A DNA stretch of 63,766 nt, counting the filler, from Hyphochytrium catenoides (taxonomy: Eukaryota; Protista; Hyphochytriomycota), in the NCBI GenBank assembly GCA_900088475.1. It is 9 parts of 9 records of this genome, joined end to end, with 100 filler letters (N's around TTAATTAATTAA, not from the genome) between each part and the next. Parts side by side here need not be neighbours in the genome. Positions count along the whole stretch, not along the records: positions 14,394 to 45,987 come from FLMG01001865.1; 8 more parts are not named here. One strand, given 5' to 3'. How positions within the stretch are numbered: position 1 is the first letter of the stretch; every line of letters starts with the position of its first letter. Positions 21,801 through 35,800 of this stretch are shown here, piece after piece. The notes beneath the pieces are model-generated. The model worked only from the letters and a program-made list of their open reading frames with translations, was not told where the DNA came from and did not search any database. A program made the translations under genes and the position numbers.

Positions 21801-24800
21801 TCTGAGATCCTAAGCCTACTTTGTTCTCTCCAGACTGGGCCCCTGGCTCCTGTTACTCTACCTCCGTCTTCCTCAGCAGGGCTAGATGAGGTAGGGATCA
21901 GACTAGAAGGCACTGTTCTCTACTTTCACTATGGTTCTGGCAGCTGAATCACAGCTGAAGCCTAATTTCCAGGGCACCAAGGAAGAAGAACCGCTGGAGG
22001 AGCAAGTGACACAGTCCAAAGCTGAGTCAAAACCCGCAAACGTAAGATGGAGGAGTCTATAGTAAGATGGATGCTGCCACCTAATATCTCACCCTGCCTC
22101 GAATCGAATCGATTCTTATTTAATCAGGACGTCCTAGAGACATTTCGTAGAGGAAGCGCCGCCGCATCAAAGGTGAGACAATCTAGCTTCCAATTCCCTG
22201 TCGATGAACTCTCTGTCTTCGGCTTAATTGCTTCTTACCCAGCCACCGTCTTATTCTCTCTTCCTCTGCACAGTTCAAGTTCTTGGAAGGCTCTGTCAGT
22301 CCTCGATCCTCCCAACTCTTCAACCTTAAGCCCGATCTGTCATCTCCGATCTCCCTCCCCTTAGCGACTAATGGCAAATTAGTTGCAATTCCGTGGGTTG
22401 GCGGAGGGGGCCCAGTAGTTGTGAGGTCCCTTGACCGGCCAGGAAAGGTACGCTGCCAGCAGTGACGGTGCTTTGCACCGCTCTTTCTACCTACTTCTTT
22501 GTCCATCTTCCGCATAGTGACCTTGCCTTTATATCGTTGAATGTCGAGCTTTAGCTTCGCATCCTGTTCGGCCCTTCCCATATTTCTATCTGATAGATCT
22601 TAAATGGCTGACCGTCAGGTAGAGCCGAACGTGCCAACTGTAAACGGTCATCGCAGCTCTGTCACTGCGCTGGAGTTCTCTCCCATCCAAGAGCTGCTTG
22701 TGACAGGCTCAGAAGACAGTGAGATCAAGGTGAGATTACTTGATAGATTTATCCTTCGTATGTTTTCAACTGAAAGTACCTTCTCACTAGTGATAAGGTC
22801 CCATACATACTCTTCCTCTTACGTTTTTTCTTTCTTCTTGAGGACATGCGGTGCCTGACTTGAAACTTCTCTAATGCCCCTGCAATCCTTTCTCGATCTG
22901 TCTAGATTTGGTCAATGGCTGAGGAACCACAGCAGGATGTTACAGCGGCAGATGGTAAGCCTAGTTACTACGAGAAGTCGTCGCCATGACAGAAGATGTC
23001 GATAGGCACGCAGGCTAACCTTACTCTACTGCAAGCCCTAGTGTCGCTGTCTGGACATTCGAAGGCTGTGCGCACGGTTAACTTCCACCCCTTGGCTGCT
23101 GATGTTCTTTTCTCCACTGGAATGGACTACGCTGTAAAGCTTTGGGACCTTAGAACGGGACAGGTCTGTCGATGAAGTTCTTACCGGCCCTATGTAGTAC
23201 ATCCGCGTATTCCTAAGTCCCCTCAGTTAGTCCCCTTTGCTGTGATAACGTGACTCCCTTTCTCTTCCTTCATACTTGTTGTCCTTTGTTACCTGCCACA
23301 CTCTATCCTTTTTTTAGGAGCAACTATCATTGAACGAGCTGCATTCCGACCTGATCTATAATATATCCTTCAACCAAAATGCCAGCCTCTTCGCAACTGC
23401 TTGCAGAGACCAGGTGGGGCCCTAGCCATTTCTTTCTCAACCTCTTTCTGGATATGTCCCGCTTCTTCATATACTTGCCATTTGTATACTACGCAGAAGC
23501 TTTCATCTCTTGTCCACCTTTCTTTGCTCGAGGCTCACTGTTTCTTCATATCAACTCCATCTGATCAAAGCACCTCCTCTACAGCTGATTCGTGTCTTAG
23601 ATCCTCGCTCCGAGTGTGTTGCCCAGAGCTTCCCTGCCCACCAGACTTTCCACGGACAGAAAGTGCAATGGCTCACTCCTGGCGGTAAGCTGCAGACAAC
23701 GGCGCCGCCCAGGGAGTAATGTAAAGATCATCTAGCACTGCTGGGACCTGCTCGATGGCAATTCTTCCTCTGTCTCCTTCAGTTGAACCTAAAATTGCCC
23801 GACCAACATCGGCAATAACCTTGGTGGATTTCATCTGTGTCAAAAGCAAATGCACCATTCTCCTTCTTCCTCCTGCCAGGGATCTTGTATGTCTTCACCC
23901 GCAGCTAAACAGCTCTCCTTCGCCTTTAATGCCTCTCCTTTAATGTCTCTCTTGTTTATGCAGGACGAACAACTAGCGACAACTACCTCTTTTCAATTGG
24001 CGCTAACCATAGTAGTGAACGGTGAGGACCAGAAAGTCTAACCAAACATCATTTTTTGCTGTGGGCCTGGCTCTGCGTGTTATAATGTTGTTACAGCTAT
24101 CTTTACTTTGCTCTACGACTTCGCCTCACCATCATCAACAAATCCTCTACCTTGTGAGCGCGGTCTCACCTCTTGATTTTATCCTCGTAGGGAGTTCTCG
24201 CTCTATGACATACGAGTTGAAGGAAAGAGCTTGAGCACCACGCACTTGTACGTCCTCATCCTCACTAATCCTTCCTCATCATGCATTCTATGTCTCAGTA
24301 TTATTCGTCGTAGGCCCTGGTTGGGCATGATTGTCAATCGCTCTCAAAGCTCTTCCAGGACTTGGCTCTGTCCACCACGCTTTGCTCTCTTTTTTCAAGG
24401 TCTTCGGTCACGATGTGTTGCAAGGGCTCGTCAGCTCTCAAAGACCTACTTTCATCCCTCTTTTTGCATAGACCAACGCTTAGACTTTCCTCGTCTGTCT
24501 TCTCGCATGGCTTCTTCAGTTTACGCTCTTCGCCTACGTCTCTGATAGGGAGTCATCTGGGAGCCTCCTGCACCCTTTTTACGATGAGGATACTGGGCTC
24601 ATTTTCCTTGCAGCAAAGGGAGAATCATCAATACTTGTTTGCGAGACACACACCCAGGTGCTCCTTCCACTTCGATTTTTCCACTTGTCTGGACCTGCCA
24701 TGCTATCATCTCACAAGGACCTGCGCCCATTCCAACACTGTCTGTCTTTCTTTTCTTGATGCCCAACCCCTAAGATCTCTTCCTTTCTCCTCCTCTCTCA

Positions 24801-25956
24801 GGCTGACCCTCGTGCGGAGATTGTGTGCAGCTATTCTGTGTCGGGAGAACCAATGAGCGCTCTTGCGCTTGTACCCAAGCGCTACTGTGACGTCAAGGTC
24901 GATCTGCTCATTGCTTCACTTGGGATGTGCTTCTCCTTGGCCCTGTACTTAGCGCTGACAAGCAACTACTTTAACTGCAGGCAGTGGAGGTAGCCCGCTT
25001 CCTGCGACTGGGATCCACAGTTATTGAGGGAGTATCCTTCCATGTAAGCAGGACTGTAGCTCCTTAGTCCACTAGCGGATTTCTGAGAATGCGTATCACC
25101 ACCGTAAGAGATACAGGGCTGCCGCTTAGAGTCAATGCCACCTCTTTCTGGTGGCATGGACTGGTTCTCGGTCTTGTTTTAGTCTATGACACTGACTCCT
25201 CATGTAAACAGCTGCCACGTGCTGCCACCATCAAGGAATATTTTCAGGACGACGTCTTCGCGCCCACAGCTACTGGGGAGGCGGTGCTTTCCTCAGACCA
25301 GTGGTTCTTGGGAGAGAATCGAGAAAAGTCTCTAGTATCCTTGCAGCCTGAAGGTTTCTCGAGCTACCTTTTTCACCGGACGGGCTGAAGCCCCTGGCCT
25401 CCTTCTTTCTCTTGTCTCTTCCCGTTTTCGCGTCTATCGCTCCGCTCTCGGTATCTAGCTCGGTATTTGTCGGCTCTTTGTGCGCATATCGTGGAGAAAG
25501 AAGCCCGGTTCTTACCCTCCTTCCTAGTTCTAATGGTTTACAATGCTGCTAATCTTGCTTATTACCTCTCTCAGGGGCAACACCTTTGTCGCAACGGCCA
25601 CCAGATGCACAGCAAGAGGTGAAAGAGCAGCGGCGCAACACATATAGGGAGCAGCAGATTGCCCGAGAGACTGAGAAGCGAGAGAACGAGCAGTTATTCT
25701 CTAGGCTGCAGGTCCACCTCGCTCCTCGCTCTTTCCTCTTCTTACCCTTGTTATCTAATCCTCTTCGATATTACTGGATGACGTCCATCTCAGTAGCATT
25801 CTTTCTTTATCCACATCTTAATCTTTGTGAATCCTCGCAAGCGTCTAATGTGGGGGCTGTTAGGCTATGGCTGTTGAGCGGTCGAAGCACCATCCCAACC
25901 TCTCTATGGGGGGAGGCGAAGCCGAAGAAGACAGCGACGACAACTGGGACGACTGA
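18842..25956 (+). CDS. CORO7: Tandem coronin (coronin-7/CRN7-like), multi-exon
   Basis: MAGLIRTS|KFRH N-terminus, WD40 repeats (AHSAPVADLQFSP, GHRSSVTALEFSP, GHSKAVRTVNFHP), two coronin C-terminal motifs (FQQDLYPPT..LSAQDW; YFQDDVFAPT..LSSDQWF) and acidic tail EEDSDDNWDD*. Confidence 0.9.
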
Positions 25957-26524
25957 TAGAGCTTAGAGCTAGGACACATTTAAATTTTGGGAGGAGCGGA
26001 GGAGAGCTGCCCTCTACTTCTTCTTATAAAAGACAATCACTTAGATTCCCTTTTAAACCTGCACTGGCTGCCTGTCTAAAGTCGTCTGGCTTGTGCCTTC
26101 CCCGTCGATCAGTGGAAAGAAGTCTAACCGAAGCCAAAGCCGCAATCTCTTTCTCTGCGGAAAGTATCATTGTCTCTCTCTCTCTCTCTCTCTCTCTGAC
26201 AAAAATGACGCCAGGTCAAGGCAATGTGCCACTCACTTCTTCCGCCCTTGTTGCCTTGCCTCTGCCATAAGAAGGAAGCTTGTCCGTCCTTGGATGTCTG
26301 CCTCCGTCCGCGGGCGCTTCACGCTTCTTCCTCTCCAAGGACCGGCAAGGCCGGCCGGGCGGTTACTTCCTCAAGGTCTTTTCCCTTGGAAAGTTTCATA
26401 TGTTACACTACCGTTTTACACTACTGGAGACCAGGACGATGATAGGGAATAGTCGTTCGAAAGTTTCACTGCTTGGTAGTCGTCATGCACAGACCGTCAA
26501 ACAGGAGATGGTCGCTTTGAAGTT

Positions 26525-26555
<31 letters not shown>

Positions 26556-27186
26556 NNNNNNNNNNNNNNNNNNNNNNNNNNNNNNNNNNNNNNNNNTCTC
26601 TCTCTCTCTCTCTCTCTTTGTCCCTGGTTTTTCTTTTTTTCTCTCTTGGTCTCCCTTGCTTCTTTCTCTTCTCTGTCTCGCTCCTTTTTTCTCTCTCTCT
26701 CTCTCTCGCTCAGAGGCCCTTTCTCCATCTCTCCATTTTCTTCTGCCATCGGCCTTGCCTTTCTCATCTTCCTGCTAGCTCCCTTAATCTGTCTCCGACG
26801 TTGCCGTTCGTCTTGAGGCTGTTTGTCTCTCCGATCTCTGCCAGCCTTCCAACAGCTTCTCTTCCGGGAAAGGCGAAAGCCGGAAAGAAGTCTCCGAACC
26901 AGAATCGAGGGTTTTTGCTATCTTCTCGGCTGTTTCTCTTCTCCAGCCGGCATTCCCTTCCCTTTTCACCTACTTCTACATTGATATACATTGCTTAGCA
27001 AGAAGTTGCGGGCACGTGGAGCTCTCCTCATGTCTCACCCTACGACAATCCATCTATTCTACCCTGGCTCTGAAGGAGGAGCCACCCATCTCTAAGCTAC
27101 CTTACTATAGGAGACACTAGAGGAAGACGAAAGAGAGAGCTAAACCAGTGAGAGAGACAGAGAGAGAGAAAGGAGCTCAAAGAGCC

Positions 27187-29560
27187 ATGTCGCGGTTCCC
27201 TAAACGCTACAGCCATGAAGACATCGCGCGGCGCTGCGAACAAGATGCAGCGCTGAAGGAAAGAGTCAATGAGATAACCAAAGATGCACGGACGCTGATC
27301 GTGTCTGAGTGGGAGGTGAGCACCGCTAAAAAGCTCCAGAAACAGCGCCTTTCGCAGCTTCAGCGGTCTCTCTCTCAACAAGAAGAGGCACGTCTCTTGG
27401 ATAGGCGCAAGGCTCTAGCGGCGCTGTATACGAGAGAGAGAGAGGAGTGGGTGAGAGAGATAGAGAGCAAGGTGGAGACCCCTGAAGCAAGAAAAGCGCG
27501 CATGCTGGCAAGAGCCACAGAGCTGAAGAATCAGAGGGAGGCTGAGAAGTCTCAGTTCGTCCGGGAAAAGCGCCGCCAACAGTTCTGTGAGGCGAGTGAC
27601 ATTCTTCGCTCCCTGCAGAGTCAAAAGACCACGAGAGACGTTGCGGAGAGGCGAGGCGAGCAGCTCATTGACAAGAAGAAGCGAGTCGAAGACGAGGTAG
27701 AAACGAGGGAACTCTTCTCCTCTTTTCCTCTCTTTCTCACTTTCGTCACTGTCTCTTCCCTCTTTTTGTCTTTCTCTCTGCATCTCCATCGTGCCAGTGC
27801 GTCCTCATCCTTCCCATGTCTACACTCTTATTAAGCTCTAAACTCTTCTGTCTCTCGCTTCCTTTCCAGCGGACGGCGGAACTTGCTTACTTCCAAGAAA
27901 TGGAGGCCGCTAGGCAGAAAGCAGAGGAAGAGGAGAAGCAGAAATATAGAGAAAGAAAAGATCGCTACGTCATGATGAAGAAAGGCTTCGAGGATCAGGT
28001 CAGAAGAGAGAACAAGAAAGACGGGCTGGAGAGAACAGGATGCCTTTTTGAGATTACCTTAGTCTTTGTGACCTAGGGTTTTTGCTCATTATTGTGTCAA
28101 CATCAATGGCACCTTTCTCTCTCTCTCTCTCTCTCTCTGCTTTCAGCATCGAGCTACTCTGGCTCGCAGAGCATTAGAGAAGGCTCGAGATGCAGAGCAA
28201 GACCGGCAACAGGAAGAGCTGTGGAAGGAACAGAACAGGCAGATTGAAGAGGCAGAAAGACAGGCGAGAGAAGAAGCCAGGCTGGTGAGCTAGGGCACAT
28301 TTTTTTCTTCTCTCCTTTCACTGCCCGCTTATGGTTCACTCGTCTTGCTGTTCAACGTATGTATCCCTTCTTGGGCTCTCTCTTTTTCTTTCTCCTCACT
28401 TCCAGGCGGGTATGGCAGTGAAAGCATTCAACGTCCAGCGGCGTGGTCAGCGTCAGGCAAGGAAGGAGAAGGAGCGACAAGAGGATCTTCTTCTCTTAGA
28501 AAAGGCAATGCAGGCGGAGGAAGAGGCGGCAAGAGCGGAAGAGAAGAAACTGGTATCTCTAATCCTTTCTCGCCGGGGTTCTCTCTCTCTTTTCTGGCAC
28601 CGTCGCCCTTCCCTTCTCTTGCTCGTTATCTCTCTCTTTTTCCTCTCTCTGTTTCCTTTTCTCTATCTCTCCTCTGAGCATATCCAGCTAATTATGCTCT
28701 TCACCAGCACGACCAGGAGGAAGCAACTAAGAGGCACTTGGAAGCTCTACGTTCCCAAATGCAGCGGCAGCGGGAGGAAGAGAGTTACACTGAAGGGGTG
28801 CGGAGAGAATACGAGGAGAGAAGATGGAAGGAGAAAGAAGAGGAGCAAAGAAGACAAAGAGAAGCGAGGGAAAGGCTCAGAACGGAGGTGCGAGAAGGAT
28901 TATAGGCTCATGGGCGGCGTCTGGCCTCTCTCTCTCTCTCTTTGTCTAGGTTTCGCCTTTCTATGCAATTAGTCAGCTCTTTCGTCTTCCACAGTCTTCG
29001 GTGAGGCGACTTGGCCAGCTCCGCCTGTCCTCTTTCCCTCTCTTCTCTTTCGGTCCCGTCCTTATGCTCCATCTCGCATTCAACGACTTGATCTCCAGGT
29101 CCACGCGACTCGAGACATTCAGCTTGAGATTCAACGCAATGTGGCTCGTGCGGAGAAGGAGGAGGAGCTACGGTACGGCGCTCTGCTCCAGCGGCAGACT
29201 GAGGGACTGGAAAAGAAGGAAAAAGAGCTTCAGGCCCTGCGGATCAAGGTCTGAGTACTCAAGATTATGTCTTCAACAGTGTCCTCCTTAGCTTTATCGT
29301 CTTCCTTTGGGTCCCAGATTCTCTCTCTCTGTGCCCTCAGTTCTGGCAATCCTACTTCGCTGGCGGAACCCTCACGCACCATCTCACCTCTGCAGCAAGC
29401 TTCAATGCATCAGAGTCTTCTTCAATCTCAGATGCGTGAGAAGCAGCTGAGACAGCAGAAGGAAAAGCAGGAAGAGTTCTTAGCGCTCAGGGTCATGAAG
29501 CAAGTTGAAAAAGAGTACAAGGAGCAGCTTCAAAGGGAGATGGATGCCGTCGGAAGATAA
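27187..29560 (+). CDS. CFAP53: Cilia- and flagella-associated protein 53 (CCDC11), multi-exon coiled coil
   Basis: LLDRRKALAALYTREREEW..ETPEARKARMLARATELKNQREAEKSQFVREKRRQQFCEASDILRSL matches the CFAP53 trichohyalin-plectin-homology pattern. Further R/E/K/Q-rich exons run to TAA 29560. Confidence 0.8.
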
Positions 29561-29813
29561 GACTGTTAAACGACAGTGTGAGCGCCACCATTGCAGAATA
29601 ATATGTACAGAATAGAGACAGCTATCGGCTCTGTCTCTACCGTGAAGCAAGAAGTGAGTTGTCAGCATGCGAGGCGTCGGGAGTTAGGCATTGGACATCG
29701 CTGGATTAATAAATAGAGGACTGAGTAAATACAAAGAATCCTAAGGAGATAGAGCAAGACATTGGTTGTTGTCTTCCTTTCAGCCCATCTTTTCTCTCTT
29801 TGAACACGGTAAA

Positions 29814-32800
29814 CTATCGTCTGAGGCCCATTGCTAAACGCTTCTTGGCACTAGTAGGAGTGGGAAGAGGCGATTCAGATGGTTGGACAGAAGAGAGAGA
29901 GAGATTGCTTTTGAGCAATTTCTCTCTCTTCTGCGTATAAAATAATGCTGGCCGAAGAGATGGATCGCTGTCTTGTCCTTTCTCCTCTTCGAAGGCGCCT
30001 TTGCCCTCGAGGACGATCTCAGCACTAATACCTGCGAGCACCTCGAAGCGGAACCTGCAGCGATAATGAGCAGCCCCTTGAGGTGTAAAGGTGACCTCCA
30101 AGGAGAGAGGTAATGCTCCTATGTGACAGGAGGGAGGAAGAAATCGTCACAGGAGTCATAGCTGATGAGGTGGCAGGAAGGAGGAGAGACATCTGGCACA
30201 GCCACAGAGGGAGAAGTCAAAGAGCTGTGGCGGAGCATAAGGCTAGCGACGTGAAAGAAGGAGGCAAAGTCGGCAAAAGAACGCGCTAATAAAGTGCCAC
30301 GTCGTCTAATATACCTCTCTCCTTCCGAAAGGCTGGCTCTGGGAGCCGATTAAGGTCTTCGGGCAGGAGGCCGCCTGCGGAATCGAGGGGGAGAGTGGGG
30401 CCTGGAAGAGCTCCGTTCCTAAGAGAGAAGGAGAAGACAGACGGATCGTCCGTCGTGCTTCCGTATCCAGCTTTGCTGTGAGGACCACACACACGGCGGA
30501 AAGAGGAAGGATGGTTAGCATCGGAAGCTCAACAATAACCACAAGCTAGCCAAAACTGTCTAAACAATAAATGCCGACCAGGCGAACAAGGTCTGGGCAG
30601 GACGAGCCCGCTCCAGAGCGCTAAGGAGACAGCAGACGCCACGTAGGAAGTAAGGCCTTGCAAAGGTTAGAGCTAATATAGGAGCTATCTGCCTAGCAGG
30701 GCGTTGATCTGTTGGCCATTCTCCCCTCCTACCTCCATTCCACTTGCTGCGCCTTAGTTCTAGGCTTAGGATAAGGAATGTGCATCAGTGTCCAATGTGC
30801 TAGCACTTCGGTAGGATTAGACACGTAGAACTTCCCAGTCCTCCTGGTGGTCACCCGGACCTGACCGAAACTGAACTCTGCCGGTCCGACTAGCAGCATT
30901 GGGGCAAATATGTGCGCCGATAGGAGGAGGGACTGGACGGTGCCATTGGAGAACTCAACCAAGAGCTGGGCCTCCTCTTCCTTTTTGAGCTTGGGGGCTA
31001 CTTGCTGAGCTCCCTGACCTTCGCCTTCTTGTCTTTGCATAGTCCTAACCTCTTCGCCGACAAATTCCAGCTCTACCTCGACACACTGAGACGCAGGGAG
31101 ACTGTAAAGAGCAGACTGCTCTGCTGACGGTGGTCGATGGGCGGAGTCTTTGGGCTCGAGAGGATGTTTTGGAAGCTGTGATCTAGTTTGGAGGATGCGG
31201 AAGGGACAGNNNNNNNNNNNNNNNNNNNNNNNNNNNNNNNNNNNNNNNNNNNNGAATTTGCGCTACGTTTGTCGGATCAGCTGACGTCGAAACGCTAGAA
31301 CCGGTGGCAGAAGTGCGTGACGTAGCCTGTTTTCATAGGAGAGGAAATTGAAGAAGGAGATAGCTTAGTGTTGGCACCTACCATCTTACGCTCGTAAGAG
31401 GACAAATCGTGCTCCAAGGAGCAGACCAATTGCTATGGAGCGAGAGGCAGCAGGTAAAGACAAGAGGTAGAAACCATGATATCAGTTTAGAGAGAAATAA
31501 CGCAGCGAGAAGTATAGCTGATAGTCCAGAATGAGCGATGAAGCCCTAGAGAATGTAACTTCTTAGGGAAAGCAAAGAGAACAAGTCACCTGCTCATCGT
31601 AGCACCACTGAGCGGTGGCAGTCAGTGCAGCTAAAGCTCTTCCTGGGCTCTCAAATGAGGCGAGAGACACCGCAAAGGAGACCGTCGAGTGCTTAGGGAT
31701 GGTCTGTACGCTTGGAGAGATACTGAACGGCAGGGGAACGGTGTCTTTCGGAGGTGCGTAGGGCTGAAGGGAAACTTTCACCATACTTTCTCCTTCATGC
31801 AGGAGGAGTCGCAAGTCTACTACCTTTTTCCTCCTCGTTCCACCATCTTTACCCTCATACTTTTCTATCTTCCAGGAGATCAGTGCATCTACAGGTCCCT
31901 GATTCTTCACTTTAAACGATCGGCTGACGGAAGGGCAGCGGATGAGAACCTCACCGAATGACAAAGCCGGTGGGACGGAGGAAAGAGAGAGCCCCACTGT
32001 GTCAGGAACAAGGGAAAGTGGGGAGCCGACCACAGTGACAGAGACCGGTAGGCGAACAGGAAGGACGGAGCCCACGGTGCAGATGAGAGAATCCGTGAAA
32101 TGCCCGGGCATATTGTTGACGCAAGTCGCCTAACCAAGGCAAAGGGAGAGCGAGAAGCAAGGTCACTCGGGACGATAAGGAGCTATTCGTTGCACTGTAC
32201 GTCGGTGGATCTTGACGCTTACCTCAATGACAACATTGCCCCATGGTTCCAAAACGCCTTCGTTAGGCTTGAGCTGAAAAGCGACGCCTCCTCCTCCTGC
32301 TAGAAGCTCTCGGTCCTCCTCGGCTCCTCTCTCTCGGCTAATCTTTTCCTTTCCGGCCGTAGAGGTAAAGCGCTCTCGCTTCTCGTGAGCGTTAGATAGA
32401 AGCGGACCCTTGGAAAAGAGCGACTTTTGCCCTAGTGTCCGGTCCCCATTCTGCCACTCGTCAAGCTTCTCTTCTCTATTATGTTCTTCTTTCTTCTTTC
32501 CACATGGATACCTCTTCAGAGCTAAGGAGAAGGGAGCGCGTATGCCACTGCAATTCGTCAATAGCAGGCGAAGTGTCTTGCGCTGGAACAGTGGGACTGC
32601 AGAGCCTGGAATTGAGAAAGAGAGGAGACTCTGTCTGTCAAAGCTGATATCTCATCGGTCCATAGACTACATAAGGGCGATGCATCCACCCTCCTATGTC
32701 TAGCACTAGCACTTTGCAATTTTTGTGATCCATTCCCGACGGTTTACTCCTCTCTTCGCCGGCGACCTATCAGCTCACATTTTCACAGTCTATTCCAGCC

Positions 32801-35800
32801 TTCTCCAGGTTTCTACCCTTCATCAAGCTGAAATTCACCCCAAGGCTTACCAAAATCAAGCTTTGGAGGAGGCGGAATCACAGCTGGCTGCAATATGTCT
32901 TCATGCCCTTCACCCCTTTCTTCATGGTTGAGGTCCCTGGGTGGCTGTTGGTCGGGTTCAAGGAGGCGGTACGACACTACCAGGCCTTTCTGAATGCTGC
33001 GGATCCGCAGGCCAATCGGGTTTGCCATGCCCTGCGTAGGAAGGATAGACGGTGAGCTAAGCAGATAACACCGGAGAAGGAATGACTTAGCGTGTCCATG
33101 ACTGATGCAGCTAGGAAAGGCACGTAGGAAATGAGAATAGACAACGAGTACACATGGGCAGACCGGCAAAGCAGTGCAAAGAGGGTTTTTCACCTTGATC
33201 AGACACGCCACTAGGGCATCAACTTTAGCTTGCGCTCTGGGAGTATAACTTAGCATCACTTGCTTCTCTTCCTTTGAACCCAACACACCCTTTGGAGGAT
33301 CAAACTCCAGAGAAAATGATGATTGGGGGCCCTCCGGTAGGTCAAACTTGAACTTCGTCTAGTTAAAACAAGCAGGATGACAAAGAGGAAGATACACGAA
33401 AGGCGTCAGAAGAGAGCAGTAACGAGGTTAAGAAGTTGAGAGAGAGGGGGAGAGGCAAGTGTCATTTAATAAGCCAAGATTCATACGCTTAGAAGAAGGC
33501 GTCGGAGCTTAATGGAGCACAAAAGTCAAGGAGGAGGAGAGAAGAAGTTCTACAACGTTTGAGCTAATCTAGAAGTTGCAAAGAACTCGACCGAGAAGAT
33601 CCTCTATTTGGAGCTATTCTCCATTGTTAGAAACACAGAGACATCAGATCCACAGTGCATCGCACCTCCAGGTTGCTCAGGTTAATAACTTTTAGAGCCC
33701 TTTTCACAGTCTGATCTATGAAGGTGCATCCAAGATCGAGCTCGAGGCGATCAAGGGCTACTGAAGGGCTTTGGATTTCGCCTCGTGCGGAAAAGAACAG
33801 AGATCGCCCGCCTTCCACTAAGAGCTCGACAGTCGTACGCAGGCGTTCAGCCATGCTTCCTGCTTCGCACACCGCCCGCAACTAGCGCATTGGAGGGAAT
33901 GAGTATTAGTCGTGTTACGTTCCCCTGACTGTAACCCCCAAAAGAGGACATCCATGCCTGCAAGAAGAGGCTATGAAGTGGTATCTGAGTGTTTGAGCCC
34001 TTCAATCATTCTTCCTTTAGGTGGTTCTATTTTCTCTCACTCTCAGACGTCATCCTGGGTCCCCCGCAGCGTAAAGTAGAAGGATCCAATGTGCTCACCT
34101 GTATGGAAGCGCCTGGCTCCAACACACCGCTCTCGGGCTCTAAGAAGACCACCCCAGTCGGACCTCTATCCGTGAAGAAAGATGATGCCGAAGAAAGGCG
34201 CCCTGAAGAGATGGATGACTGACGAGAAGAGGATCTTCCTGTCCGCGCGGTCTTATCATCTGCTGAGCTACCTCTCTCACTTAGAATTGCCTTGGTATTC
34301 TGCTGGCGAACTGACCATCGAGCCGTAACTCCACTTTTGTTAGCAATCGCAAGTGAGCGCTCGGCTTGGCCCAGCACCGAAACTAAGCCAAAGTCCAGAT
34401 CAGCAGATGACAGAGTGAGTTCAGGTCCTTCCACATCGCAGGCCACGGAGAGGATGAGGGGCCGACATTTCTCCAAAGTGCAAACAGCTTCTGTCTTATA
34501 GCTTCCCGCCTTGTGTGACAACACCGAGAGAGTTATTGCTGCCTCCTCGCCAGGCTGCAAGACCCCACTTTCAGGAGAGAAAGAGAGGAAAAGCTTACTT
34601 CCATCACCTGATGGGGCAGACACGCACGGCTCTGCCCTTTTCCAGATGAAGGAACATGGGGTGCTACTATGGTTCCTTAGGTAGCAATGGGACAGCAAGG
34701 GCTTGCCGAGACTGACAGAGCTTATAGAAAGATGGGCTGGAGTAAGCGTGATTAGTGCCGGGATCCCATGCCCAGCCACTCCTATCTCAAAGACGGGAAG
34801 ATTCGCTGGAGAGCACGAAGACGGCAGGAGCTTTCCGTCTCCTTCCCTTTCTCCTTTGAAGGGCGAAGTACTCCGAGGAGGTGGAAGTAAAGGCGTACAG
34901 AGCATTGATTCTCTCCTGATTCCCTTTATAAGGAGGGAATAGTGCCCACTGAATGACTGCACTTGAGCCTAGGCAAAGGGTAAGCAGATAATCACGGCAA
35001 TTGTGTGGCAACAGGATCAGTGAAGGTTATCCATGGGGTCCTGACGGTTCTTTAAAAGAGAATGCTCTAAGAGGAACAAGGGCAGTGGGAATTCAATGCC
35101 AAAGTGGCGGGCCTTGCACTCCCATCGAAGCTCACTACAGGAAAGTGTAAATGATAACGCTTGGGCGCTTACCGGGCTGAAAAAGAAGCTAAATGTGAGC
35201 TCCTCCCCTGGCCCGACAGTACCATAGACAGGATGGACCTGAAAAGGCAAGGACGGAGGTGTAGGAGGACCGCAGCTATTTTCGAAGTGCCACTGGAAAG
35301 GAAGAGCGACTGAAGTCGAGTTAAGAAAGGTAAGGTGCCGTTGTGCTTTGTCCCTGCAATTCAAGATTAAGTCACAGCTGTTAGTGCCAGGAATAGGTAA
35401 AAGACTGCTCGTATGCGCTCTCTTCGCCAGAACCCTACCCTGGTACAATGTCTGGAAAATACAGGGTCTCTGGGACGGAGGAGACACTAGGAAGGGTCAA
35501 GGATGAGGGCGGGGGAAGCTCCAGTGGCAATGAAGAGACATCTAGCCGCTTCCCGTCTATCGCAGTCAGTCGGAACTCTACGCAGCTGACATCTGCAATC
35601 AGCTTGAAGGGGAAGGTATCACCGTTGTCACACTCCATCACAAAAGACCTATGAAATGGAAGCAATGAGCCAAACAGAGCAGATGGGACGATGGGACGAA
35701 AGAATCTAAAATAACATATAGAATTCTTATAGACAAAGAACTACATGCAGTAGATTACGCTTGAGGAAGAAGGCCGAGTCCATAGAGAAGGAAGGGACAA

